DNA of 40,906 nucleotides from a virus. Position 1 is the stretch's first letter. Every line of letters starts with the position of its first letter. Under the pieces are notes generated by a model that saw only the letters and a list, made by a program, of their open reading frames with translations, had not been told where the DNA came from and ran no database searches. The stretch spans positions 1 to 40,906 of IMG/VR virus record IMGVR_UViG_3300045988_118152; one strand, given 5' to 3'. This document shows positions 1-8,023 of this stretch, piece after piece. Both the position numbers and the translations under genes were made by a program.

Positions 1-371
1 CACAGATGAAACCCGACTTAGACAAGCTCCAACGCGCCGTCGGCGACGCCCTGGCCCCCTACAAGCGGCCCGGTGTCCTGCGTGATGACTCCCGGATCGT
101 CGGCTGGTCCGCCGTCAAGCGCTACGCCGACGACACCCACCCCGCCGGCGTCATGGTCCGCATCTCGAAGGCGCAGGACCACCTCACCGGCCAGTTCCTC
201 ACCAGTGTCGCCGACGTCGGTGGCACACCTGCCGGGGCGGCCATCCTCGACGCCTACGACACAGTGTTCACTCGCGGGTACGGCGATTGGGTCACGCCAG
301 CGAACGAGTACGGGTACGCGGACCACGAGCTCGACCTACCCGCACGCCTCGCAGTCGTGGATGGGATCTGA
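1..371 (+). CDS. rusA: RusA-family Holliday junction resolvase, 3' part. The gene starts at 40596 and crosses the circular junction; positions 1-55 duplicate 40852-40906.
   Basis: ORF 6..371 is in frame with the ORF opening at ATG 40596. The joined product is about 208 aa and carries the RusA-type motif KPDLDKLQRAVGDAL...LRDDSRIVG. Confidence 0.7.
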   Translation, partial: QMKPDLDKLQRAVGDALAPYKRPGVLRDDSRIVGWSAVKRYADDTHPAGVMVRISKAQDHLTGQFLTSVADVGGTPAGAAILDAYDTVFTRGYGDWVTPANEYGYADHELDLPARLAVVDGI

Positions 372-376
372 TCGCC

Positions 377-829
377 ATGACTGAGGTGATTCACGAGAGG
401 TCTCCCCGGTCGCGGGGGCGTGTCCGGTGCGATGACTGCGGTCGCCGCATCCCCAGGGGCGAGCAGCACATCTGGCTGATGGAGTTCGACGACGGGACGG
501 TCCGGGAGTGGCGGAGGTGCCAGCCCTGCGAGGCCGCATCCTGGCATGTCATGAGATGGAAGGGCTCCTACAGCGAAGACTGTTACCCCGACGACTTCCG
601 CAAGTGGGCGCACGAGGCCATGGGCGGCTGCTACTACACCCCCTACGGCCTGTTCCTCTACGACGGGGCGCCTGACGGCTGGGAGTGGCGCTTGCGAGCC
701 CTCTCCGCCGAGGCCAAGAAGGCCGCCGAGGCCGATGCCGACCCTGCGCGGGCGTGGGACGACGAAGCATGGGCGGCCTTCACCTGGCGCATGCAAACCA
801 GTCCCGTAATAAATCCCAGGAGGAAATGA
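377..829 (+). CDS. Hypothetical Cys-rich protein (CxxC...CxxC, zinc-ribbon-like), 150 aa
   Basis: ATG 377 lies 6 nt after the rusA stop and is in frame with track ORF 287..829. Motifs CDDCGRRI and CQPC are present. Confidence 0.55.
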   Translation: MTEVIHERSPRSRGRVRCDDCGRRIPRGEQHIWLMEFDDGTVREWRRCQPCEAASWHVMRWKGSYSEDCYPDDFRKWAHEAMGGCYYTPYGLFLYDGAPDGWEWRLRALSAEAKKAAEADADPARAWDDEAWAAFTWRMQTSPVINPRRK

Positions 830-1023
830 TGATTGAGATGACTGCCAGGATCCCGCTCGACGGTGAGGTGATCGCCAGGGCCGACCTGCTGGTGTTCGCC
901 GAGCAGGTGCGCGCCCATGAGGACTCGCGGGTCGAACTGGACTACGACGAGGACTCCTTGTGCCCGGTGGCCCTGGAAGCGTTCTGGACGACGGGTGGGG
1001 GCGGCGATGACTCGCAGCAGTGA
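826..1023 (+). CDS. Hypothetical protein, about 65 aa
   Basis: AGGAGGA at 818-824 is followed by in-frame ATGs at 826, 829 and 838; 829 has the better spacing. This is the in-frame tail of track ORF 685..1023. Confidence 0.5.
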   Translation: MMIEMTARIPLDGEVIARADLLVFAEQVRAHEDSRVELDYDEDSLCPVALEAFWTTGGGGDDSQQ

Positions 1024-1918
1024 CCGCCGTATCTGGGCGCGGATGACGGTGGACTTCGCGGACTCCCCGAAGGTCGTGGTCTTGTCGGACGCGGCGTTCC
1101 GGGCGCTAGTGGAGATGATCCTCTGGTGCCGGCGCGGCGAGACCGACGGGGTGATCCCTCGGGCGTACGCGGACCGACGTTGGGGATACGACTCGTATAC
1201 GACTCGTACTACGAACCCGGATACGAGTCGTAGTACGGACCCTATTACGGAGTTGCGTACGAACCACCCCGATAGGCCCTCTTTGGAGGTGAACGAGGCC
1301 GGCGACTACGTGCTGCGCGACTTCCTTGAGCACCAGGACTCCAAGGAGCAGTCGGATGCCCGTAGGGCGCGGAATTCCGCCAATGTTCGCCGCCGCTGGG
1401 AGCAACGCGATACGAGTCGTACTACCACTCGTACTACGAACCCGGATACGAGTCGTAGTACCAGTGGATATACAGAGAAAGAGAAAGAGAAAGAAGAAGT
1501 ACTACGTACTTCTAAACTCTCTCCGACTACGTCGGAGAGAGGATGCGCGCACGACGACGAGGACACCCCCGAGCCGACCCCGATCGCCGAGCACCGACCC
1601 GACGTCGACGCCGTCTGCGACGCCATGGCCGCGAGCGTCCAGCGCCGCACCGGCCGAGCCCCACGCGTCACCGCAGCCTGGCGCACACAGGCCCGCCTCA
1701 TGCTCGACCGCGACGGCAGGTCGGTCGAGGAGATCACCCGCGTCATCGACTGGGCCGAGGGCAACGACTTCTGGCGCGCCAACGTCCTCAGCGTCCCCAA
1801 GCTCCGCCAGAAGTTCGACACCCTCCGCCTCCAAGCCCAGCGGCCCCAGCGCGGGCAACCCCAGGGCGGCCAGGTGTTCTACGACCTGGCCGAGCAGTTC
1901 GCGAAGGAGGGCCTGTGA
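1007..1918 (+). CDS. Putative replication initiator / replisome organizer (DnaD-like C-terminal domain), 303 aa
   Basis: ATG 1007 overlaps the upstream gene end. There are N- and C-terminal globular parts (the latter ...VIDWAEGNDFWRANVLSVPKLRQKFDTL...). They are joined by a low-complexity linker (TRTTNPDTSRST x2, EKEKEKEE) encoded by the iteron/AT-rich DNA element. Confidence 0.5.
   Translation: MTRSSDRRIWARMTVDFADSPKVVVLSDAAFRALVEMILWCRRGETDGVIPRAYADRRWGYDSYTTRTTNPDTSRSTDPITELRTNHPDRPSLEVNEAGDYVLRDFLEHQDSKEQSDARRARNSANVRRRWEQRDTSRTTTRTTNPDTSRSTSGYTEKEKEKEEVLRTSKLSPTTSERGCAHDDEDTPEPTPIAEHRPDVDAVCDAMAASVQRRTGRAPRVTAAWRTQARLMLDRDGRSVEEITRVIDWAEGNDFWRANVLSVPKLRQKFDTLRLQAQRPQRGQPQGGQVFYDLAEQFAKEGL
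1187..1541. other. Candidate origin of replication inside the initiator gene
   Basis: Five copies of the palindromic 11-mer TACGA(C/G)TCGTA at 1187, 1198, 1222, 1411 and 1447. A perfect 35-bp direct repeat at 1202-1236 and 1427-1461. A 26-nt all-purine (GAGAAA)n tract at 1474-1499 in a locally AT-rich patch. Two hairpins with TAC loops at 1497-1511 and 1517-1541. Confidence 0.55.
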
Positions 1919-2598
1919 TGGCTACAGCGACCGGAGTGAGTCTGGCGATCGGCATCCTCGTGGACGCCGGGATGCTGCCCGGCATCGTCGACGCCGAGGG
2001 CGGCAAGCGGCGCATCCGCGCCTGGATGACGCTCCTGGACCAGGACATGACCGACGAAGTGCTTGCTGAGGCCGTGCGTCGCGTCGCATCCGGCGACGTC
2101 GAGACCTACGGGGCGGCGAAACCGCAGCACGTGAACCGGGCCGCGAAGGCGGTCCGTGGTGAGCGCATCCGGGCCTGGCGCGAGCGCCACAGCCTGCCAA
2201 CGGAGGGCCGCAGCGGCTTCGAGCAGTCGGCGTACCTGCGGGGCTTCCTGCGGGCGATTGGCAACGGCGTCGACGACGTCGAGGCGGATCGGCATGGGCG
2301 CGCTTCGCTGGCTCAGGCGGTGCAGGTGGCCGAGTTGGAGCCGTCGACGCCGCTGCCGGAGGTGCTGGCCCGGATGGATCACGCCCTGGGCGCTGGGCGT
2401 GTGCCGTGGGCTGGCGCGCTTCCTCCGGCCCGCCCGGTGGCTGAGTTGACGGCTGCGCCGTCGCCTGAGTCGTCGGGTGATGGGGCGGCTCGGGCTCGTG
2501 AGGTCCTGGCCTCCCTGGCGCGTTCGTCGCACCCTGGGGGTGACGGCGGGGGCGGGAGTGCCCCAAATCGGACGCGTAAGCCCCCTAGAGCAGCCTAG
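1918..2598 (+). CDS. Hypothetical protein, 226 aa
   Basis: ATG 1918 overlaps the TGA of the initiator gene (GTGATG). It is the in-frame tail of track ORF 1543..2598. Confidence 0.55.
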   Translation: MATATGVSLAIGILVDAGMLPGIVDAEGGKRRIRAWMTLLDQDMTDEVLAEAVRRVASGDVETYGAAKPQHVNRAAKAVRGERIRAWRERHSLPTEGRSGFEQSAYLRGFLRAIGNGVDDVEADRHGRASLAQAVQVAELEPSTPLPEVLARMDHALGAGRVPWAGALPPARPVAELTAAPSPESSGDGAARAREVLASLARSSHPGGDGGGGSAPNRTRKPPRAA

Positions 2599-2723
2599 CG
2601 TGCGTCGACTGTGTGCTGATGTGGGTCGCGTGTTTATGGAGCGAATTCACGCGCGTTAACGCGTTGTGCGATCGCCCCGTCGATCACCACCCATCACGAA
2701 CGAGTAACGACCACCGTCCCGCC

Positions 2724-2768
2724 TTGACGGTGCCCATTTGGGCACCTAAGGTTGTCCACGTGGGCAAC
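2724..2768 (+). promoter_or_regulatory. Early promoter with operator; near-copy of the cro-side promoter at 36296-36325
   Basis: TTGACG (2724-2729), 17-nt spacer, TAAGGT (2747-2752). The spacer is the perfect palindrome GGTGCCCAttTGGGCACC (2729-2746). A second near-palindrome GTTGTCCACGTGGGCAAC lies at 2751-2768. Confidence 0.6.
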
Positions 2769-2821
2769 ACGGGCACCCCAAACCCAACCCACCCAATCCC
2801 CAGAACAAAGGACCGTAAAAA

Positions 2822-3412
2822 ATGAGGATCGAAAACCTCTACCCCAGACCGGTGCGCAGCGACTTCGCCACCACCAACCAAGTCCGCGACGACGCGGCCA
2901 CCGCCTACGACGGCAAAGCCCGCGCCCTCCTCGAACGCAGCGGCGGAGACGCCATCGGAGCCATCAGCCTCCTCATGCTCGCCGCCGACCAGCGCAAGGC
3001 CACCACAGAGCAGGCCCTCGCCGCCACCGTCCGCGAACAGCGCGACACCATCGACACCCTCAAGGAGCAGGTGAACCTCTACCGCGACCAGTGGAAGACG
3101 GCCGCCAATAGCGCCGCCGGCATCCACGCCGACCTCTGCCAGAAGGAGGTCGACGCCGAGCGGATCACCCAACTCCAGTCCATCCTCCGTGCCGTCACCG
3201 CCTCAGATGGAGTCTTCGCCCGCCTGTACACCGACGACCTTCGAGCCCTCCCAAACGGCACCGTCGTCCGCGACGAGTACGGCCGAGCCTGGACTCGCAT
3301 CGATGACGAGGACGGTGGAGTCTGGGCTACCCCCAGCGAGGACACCACCATGCCGTCCTCCTACCTCACAGCCAAGTCCGCCGTCTACCTCGCATGGGTG
3401 GTAGGCCGATGA
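2822..3412 (+). CDS. Hypothetical protein, 196 aa, with a coiled-coil-like central part
   Basis: Track ORF; first gene downstream of the 2724 promoter. Confidence 0.6.
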   Translation: MRIENLYPRPVRSDFATTNQVRDDAATAYDGKARALLERSGGDAIGAISLLMLAADQRKATTEQALAATVREQRDTIDTLKEQVNLYRDQWKTAANSAAGIHADLCQKEVDAERITQLQSILRAVTASDGVFARLYTDDLRALPNGTVVRDEYGRAWTRIDDEDGGVWATPSEDTTMPSSYLTAKSAVYLAWVVGR

Positions 3413-3669
3413 CCCGCCTCGACCACGTGGGCGGCGACGGCGTCGACGTCACTGCCGCCGCTGAGTTCCTGTGCGCCGCCGCTGACTACCAGGACAGTGA
3501 GACCGCAGCCCTCGACGAGCGGGACCGGCAGCGGCGAGGGGCCGGCCGAATCGACGCCAACACCCCCTGGGGTGCGCTCGGCCGGCACGCCACCAACCGG
3601 GCACGTCTCCTCGACTCGCTCGCCAACCTCCTCTACGTCGACTCCGACACACTCGTCGACGGCATCTAA
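3409..3669 (+). CDS. Hypothetical protein, 86 aa
   Basis: ATG 3409 overlaps the upstream TGA (ATGA). In frame with track ORF 3394..3669. Confidence 0.5.
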   Translation: MTRLDHVGGDGVDVTAAAEFLCAAADYQDSETAALDERDRQRRGAGRIDANTPWGALGRHATNRARLLDSLANLLYVDSDTLVDGI

Positions 3670-3699
3670 CCCCACCCACCTCCCCGGAAGGAACCCCCC

Positions 3700-3927
3700 A
3701 TGTACCCCAGCATTGACCCGATCACCTACAGTCGGGAGGACGCCCAGAAGATGCGTCGCCTCCGCCTCTATGACGTGCGATGGCTCGCCACCTGGGGGCC
3801 GATCGGCCGCCGCAAGGTCCGCAAGCTCCAGCGCGACGGGTGGGAGCACGTTGGCTCCCTCCACGCCGGCCTCATCCGCCGAGAGCACTGCCTCCTCCGC
3901 ATCAACACTGAGAGGGGCGACCGGTGA
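3700..3927 (+). CDS. Hypothetical protein, 75 aa
   Basis: Track ORF, with GGAAGGAA upstream of the ATG. Confidence 0.5.
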   Translation: MYPSIDPITYSREDAQKMRRLRLYDVRWLATWGPIGRRKVRKLQRDGWEHVGSLHAGLIRREHCLLRINTERGDR

Positions 3928-4406
3928 GCGACCACTACCAGCCAAAGCCTGGCGACGTCGTCGCCTACGAGGACCCTCACGGTGTCTGGCACACGGAGCG
4001 GGCCACTGAGGACACGGCAGAGGCCATCGCCTACAACCCCCGCGTGATCCTCCTGGAAGCCGCCCCCGAGCCTCCCGCGCCATGGCCCACCGCCCCCATG
4101 ATCCTCGTCATCGACGGGGAGCGTCACGCCACCGGCAAGCCCGGCGACCAGACCGCGAAGCCCATCGTCGGGCAGGTGCTCCTCCGCACCCCCGAGGGCC
4201 ACTACCGGGGCGTCACGTCCCGGCTCGTCAAGCAGTCCCGCGGCGACCAGATCCGCAAGTGGGTCAACCTTGTGGCCGTCGAAGACCTGGCACTCCGGGA
4301 CCTCGCAGAGATCGCCGTCAACGGCCCCCTCGCCGCCCTCGACGGCGCTATCAGCGACGTCCTCACCAGCGCCGAGATGGTCAAGGACGGGAGGTACCTC
4401 CAGTGA
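3924..4406 (+). CDS. Hypothetical protein, 160 aa
   Basis: GTG start overlapping the upstream TGA (GTGA). Confidence 0.55.
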   Translation: MSDHYQPKPGDVVAYEDPHGVWHTERATEDTAEAIAYNPRVILLEAAPEPPAPWPTAPMILVIDGERHATGKPGDQTAKPIVGQVLLRTPEGHYRGVTSRLVKQSRGDQIRKWVNLVAVEDLALRDLAEIAVNGPLAALDGAISDVLTSAEMVKDGRYLQ

Positions 4407-4699
4407 GCATCATGCGTGACTGGTCGAAACCCCACTACTGCGAGGAATGCGGTCGCCGCATGAGGTCATCGCGGATGAAGGTCGAGGACTACCCGGGCAC
4501 CGTCATCTTCGCCGGGAAGGGGGTCTGCACGGCCTGCCGTGACGCCGCTAAGCGCGCCGACCGCCGCAAGGGTGACTGCGTGCGCGCCAAGCCCCAGCGG
4601 CGCGGCGGAAACCCCACCGTCGCCGAACTCGCCGCGCAGGGTCACCCCTGCATCGAGCCTGCACCCATGCCCAGCCGCGTAAGGACCTACCCGCTATGA
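4403..4699 (+). CDS. Hypothetical zinc-ribbon protein (CEEC-x27-CTAC), about 98 aa
   Basis: GTG 4403 overlaps the upstream stop; ATG 4412 is an alternative. In-frame tail of track ORF 4082..4699. Confidence 0.5.
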   Translation: MSIMRDWSKPHYCEECGRRMRSSRMKVEDYPGTVIFAGKGVCTACRDAAKRADRRKGDCVRAKPQRRGGNPTVAELAAQGHPCIEPAPMPSRVRTYPL

Positions 4700-5553
4700 A
4701 CCTCATCATCGACAAGCCCGGCATCTACCACGGCCTCGACGAGCAGTGGTACCACTCCAACCCCACCCCCCACCGCTCCCTGTCATCAACCGAAGCCAAG
4801 ATGATCCTGGACGCTCCCGCGACCCTCCACCACTACAGGAACAGTCCGCGAGCGCCCCGCCCGGAGTTCGACTTCGGTAGCGCCGTCCACTCGCTCGTGC
4901 TCGGTGTGGGCGCGCACCTGGAGTGCTACCCGGAGGACGTGCTGTCCGCGTCCGGGTCGACGGGGACGAAGGCGGCCCGAGAATGGGCCGCTGACGTTCG
5001 CGCCGACGGCGGAATCCCCCTGAAGGAGGACGTCTACGACGCCATCCACGACTGTGCCGCCGCCGTCACCGAGCACCCCCTGTGCCGTCGCATCTTCGCC
5101 GACGGAGACCCCGAGGTCAGCGTCGTCAGCGAGGACCCCGACACCGGCGTGTGGATGCGTGGCCGCCTGGACTGGATCATGCCCCCCGCCGGCGGGAATG
5201 GCGCGCACGTCCTGGTGGACCTGAAAACCACGGACGACGCCCAGCCCGTCGCCTTCACGAGGACGGCCGCCCGCTACGGGTACGACGTACAGCGAGCCTG
5301 GTACCGGCACATCTGGCGTGACCTCACCAGCGAGGACGCCCGCTTCCTCCACGTCGTCGTCTCCAAGCGCCCCCCATACCTCGTGTCCGTCTGCGAGATG
5401 GATTGGAGCTTCGACGACCTCGGGAAGGTGAAGGTGGAGAAGGCGCTGCGCCTGTACCGGGACTGCCTCGAATCGGGGGACTGGCCTGGTATTCCCGCCG
5501 AAGTCCACCAAATCTCTGCCCCCGCTTACTACCTCGACTCAGACAAGGACTGA
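4696..5553 (+). CDS. PD-(D/E)XK exonuclease (RecE/Cas4-like recombination nuclease), 285 aa
   Basis: Motifs GRLDW, VDLKTT and YDVQRAWY (the D...D/ExK...QxxxY pattern of RecB-family nucleases). ATGA overlap with the upstream gene. Confidence 0.65.
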   Translation: MNLIIDKPGIYHGLDEQWYHSNPTPHRSLSSTEAKMILDAPATLHHYRNSPRAPRPEFDFGSAVHSLVLGVGAHLECYPEDVLSASGSTGTKAAREWAADVRADGGIPLKEDVYDAIHDCAAAVTEHPLCRRIFADGDPEVSVVSEDPDTGVWMRGRLDWIMPPAGGNGAHVLVDLKTTDDAQPVAFTRTAARYGYDVQRAWYRHIWRDLTSEDARFLHVVVSKRPPYLVSVCEMDWSFDDLGKVKVEKALRLYRDCLESGDWPGIPAEVHQISAPAYYLDSDKD

Positions 5554-5555
5554 CC

Positions 5556-6338
5556 ATGGCTCTCAAAACACGCAAGCCGACCGGGCAGGTGTCCTGGCCG
5601 TTCCTCCTCCTCGCCGGGGCTGAGAAGTCCGGCAAGTCCTACGCCGCCGCGGCGTTCTCCGCGAGCGACCTCATCGGCCGCACGTTCTGGATCGAGGTCG
5701 GCGAATCCGACGCCGACATGTACGGCAGCCTGCCGGGCGCACGCTACGAGATCGTCGAGCACGACGGCACCATGGCATCCATCCTCCAAGCCATCCGAGA
5801 CGCCAGCGCCGAACCCACCCGGGCCGGGAAGCCGAACTGCATCGTCGTCGACTCCATCACCAACATCTGGGACATGCTCATCGGAGAGCAGGAAGCCGTC
5901 ACCATCCGCCGCGGCAAGACCTCCATGACCATCGACCAGTGGAACACGGCGAAACGCCAGTGGCGCAAGCTCGTGACCGCCCTCAACTCGCACCCCGGCC
6001 CCGTGCTCGTGACCGCCCGCCTGGAGCAGGTGACGGTGATGGCGAACGGCCGGCCGACGACGGACAAGACGTGGAAGGTGCGCGCGGAGAAGTCCCTCCC
6101 GTTCGAGGTGACGGGGACCGTGGAGATGCGGGCGCCCGGGGAGACGTACCTGACGGGGCTGCGGTCCTTGAAGGTGAAGGCGGCTCAGGGGCAGCATCTC
6201 CCGATTCAGGGGTTCACGGTGGACGGGCTCATGCGCGACCTAGGCGTGGACGGCGGTGGTCGCCGCCTGACACCGGCCGTCGAGCAGCCCCAGCAGTACC
6301 CCGACCCGGCCGACCTCTTCCAGGACGAGGGCCAGTGA
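5556..6338 (+). CDS. RecA-fold ATPase, Sak4/AAA_24-like recombination protein, 260 aa
   Basis: Walker A LLLAGAEKSGKS and Walker B-like CIVVDS. Sits directly downstream of the exonuclease. Confidence 0.6.
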   Translation: MALKTRKPTGQVSWPFLLLAGAEKSGKSYAAAAFSASDLIGRTFWIEVGESDADMYGSLPGARYEIVEHDGTMASILQAIRDASAEPTRAGKPNCIVVDSITNIWDMLIGEQEAVTIRRGKTSMTIDQWNTAKRQWRKLVTALNSHPGPVLVTARLEQVTVMANGRPTTDKTWKVRAEKSLPFEVTGTVEMRAPGETYLTGLRSLKVKAAQGQHLPIQGFTVDGLMRDLGVDGGGRRLTPAVEQPQQYPDPADLFQDEGQ

Positions 6339-6339
6339 G

Positions 6340-6603
6340 ATGGGCGTCCGTGGCTTCCTGCGGCTGTGCCTATGGACCTTCGTCGTCGTGTGCGTGATCG
6401 GCGTGTTCATGGTTCTCGCATTGCTGGTGCGTGCACTGGCGGTCGCTATGTGGGTGAAGTTGCTGGCCGCTCTCGGTCTCTCCTTCGTCTGCGCGGTCTC
6501 GCTCCTGGGCCTCGCGGCGGTCGCTATTGAGCGGCGCGACTGGAACATCGACGACGACGAAGACCAGTTCGTCTGCCCCAACCACCCGCGGGAGTCGGCA
6601 TGA
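6340..6603 (+). CDS. Small membrane protein, 87 aa (2-3 TM)
   Basis: Track ORF with long hydrophobic stretches. Confidence 0.55.
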   Translation: MGVRGFLRLCLWTFVVVCVIGVFMVLALLVRALAVAMWVKLLAALGLSFVCAVSLLGLAAVAIERRDWNIDDDEDQFVCPNHPRESA

Positions 6604-6662
6604 CCGTCCTCCTCATCACCCTCATTCTCACCACCTACACCTACCGGAAGGAACCATCATGA
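6600..6662 (+). CDS. Possible 20-aa hydrophobic micro-ORF (MTVLLITLILTTYTYRKEPS)
   Basis: Its ATG overlaps the TGA of the upstream gene, and its TGA overlaps the ATG of the downstream gene (ATGA at both ends). Confidence 0.25.
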   Translation: MTVLLITLILTTYTYRKEPS

Positions 6663-7165
6663 CCACCCCAAAGAAGATCGCTGACCTGGCCGGTTGGGTC
6701 GTCGAGCAAAGCGGTGACCTGTCGTGCCCACTCCTGAAGGCTATCGGCTACTGGCACGAGGACCTCGGCACGGTCGCCCGGGCGATCGACATCCTCGAAG
6801 ACCTCGCCCCTGGGAGCCCCCGGCGCCCGATCGCCGAGGGACGCCTCGCTACCCGCCTCATGGCTATTGCAGCCCAGGCGGATGCGATGCTCCGGTCCCT
6901 TGGCGTCGAGGATCCGGCTGCCTTGTTCGTCGCCGAGTGGGAGCGGGCCGCCGCCAAGCATCCGGGCATGACCCTGGACGCGGACGGTCACACGGACGAG
7001 TCGCGCTTCTACGCCCTGGCCGAGGAGGTGGGTGAGGTCGCCGCCGCCCTCACCTACGACAACGCCCAGGACACGGGCCACAACGTAGACCTCATCTCGG
7101 AGGTCACCCAGGTCGGGGCACTCGCCCTCGCCTGGCTCACCCGCTACCAGGACGGAGAAAACTAA
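6659..7165 (+). CDS. MazG-like nucleotide pyrophosphohydrolase, 168 aa
   Basis: LAEEVGEVAAAL...DLISEVTQVGALAL resembles the MazG EExxE / ExxD helices. GGAAGGAA RBS upstream. Confidence 0.5.
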   Translation: MTTPKKIADLAGWVVEQSGDLSCPLLKAIGYWHEDLGTVARAIDILEDLAPGSPRRPIAEGRLATRLMAIAAQADAMLRSLGVEDPAALFVAEWERAAAKHPGMTLDADGHTDESRFYALAEEVGEVAAALTYDNAQDTGHNVDLISEVTQVGALALAWLTRYQDGEN

Positions 7166-7524
7166 TGAACAAGGAAGACATCGAAGCTACCGTCTGGCGG
7201 CTACAGCACTTTATCAACGACGGGGTTGGGTACGACGTGCCGAAAGACATCCGCGCCCTCCTCGCGCACATCGCCGACCTGGAGGAGGAGATCGACCAGA
7301 TCAAGGCTTCTGCGGGGATCAACGACGGCAGGGGCGCCTCCCGTGGTGCTTCGGACGATGTTATCGCCGTGGATATTCTGGGGCGCTCCTGGGTGGCCAA
7401 GGAGGGTGGATGGTGGCGACTGATGAAGGATGTCGTTGCTGGGAAAAGGCCCGAACTGCCCCAACAGTATGCCCCCTACACCATCGTCCATGTTCCGGCG
7501 TACACCCCCAAGGAGGAGTCGTGA
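7165..7524 (+). CDS. Hypothetical protein, 119 aa
   Basis: Track ORF; TAATG overlap with the upstream gene. Confidence 0.55.
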   Translation: MNKEDIEATVWRLQHFINDGVGYDVPKDIRALLAHIADLEEEIDQIKASAGINDGRGASRGASDDVIAVDILGRSWVAKEGGWWRLMKDVVAGKRPELPQQYAPYTIVHVPAYTPKEES

Positions 7525-7913
7525 CCTCTGCAACCCTCGGCCCAGGGGACGTACCCGCCCCGCGGCCGGTGTTGGACTTCCCTGAGAATCGGCGGCACTT
7601 GCTCTTCCTGCTCGGGCGCGTGGGCCAGGCCATGGACGTGTCTCCGAAGATGGCCCGTACCTGCTGGCGTGACCTCGGCCGCCACGCTCACGGCCTCCTG
7701 GTGACGGCCTGTGTGGGCACCAGGCGCACCCCGTCGTGGTGGTTGGAGGAGGCGGCCCGCCTGGACGCCCAGTTCCCGGGCCGGCACCTCCGCCGGCCGT
7801 TGCCTTACGTCACTCACCGTGTCGCAGACGTCTTGTCCGTCGACTCACTCCGATCCGACTGGCTCTCAGAGATCACCCTCACCGCCTACACGCAGTCAGG
7901 GGACCTGAAATGA
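7521..7913 (+). CDS. Hypothetical protein, 130 aa
   Basis: GTG 7521 overlaps the upstream TGA and is preceded by AAGGAGGAG. Confidence 0.5.
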   Translation: MTSATLGPGDVPAPRPVLDFPENRRHLLFLLGRVGQAMDVSPKMARTCWRDLGRHAHGLLVTACVGTRRTPSWWLEEAARLDAQFPGRHLRRPLPYVTHRVADVLSVDSLRSDWLSEITLTAYTQSGDLK

Positions 7914-8023
7914 CCCCGTGGGAGAGGTTTGTGTCCGGCGATGACGAAATCATTCCGATTCGTCTGATTGATTTCGATGCGGATTTGATCGCGGAATATC
8001 TCGCCCCGGCGTGTCCCGATTAG
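7910..8023 (+). CDS. Possible small ORF, 37 aa
   Basis: ATGA overlap with the upstream gene. Lies in a locally AT-richer patch. Confidence 0.3.
   Translation: MTPWERFVSGDDEIIPIRLIDFDADLIAEYLAPACPD

Noticed and set aside
2652-2663. 12-bp perfect palindrome CGCGTTAACGCG as a terminator or operator
   Set aside because: It is too short, has no loop and no flanking context, and occurs only once. Noted but with no support for a function.
4403-4699. WhiB-like transcription factor
   Set aside because: It has a CxxC-x27-CxxC zinc-ribbon pattern rather than the WhiB C-x(n)-CxxC-x5-C cluster, and it lacks the GVWGG turn.
7714-7721. Extra operator half-sites TGGGCACC (7714, 13425, 28512) as dispersed stoperator-like sites
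   Set aside because: Only single half-sites occur, inside coding sequence and with no palindromic partner. At this GC content they are plausibly chance matches. A mismatch-tolerant genome-wide search would be needed to revisit this.
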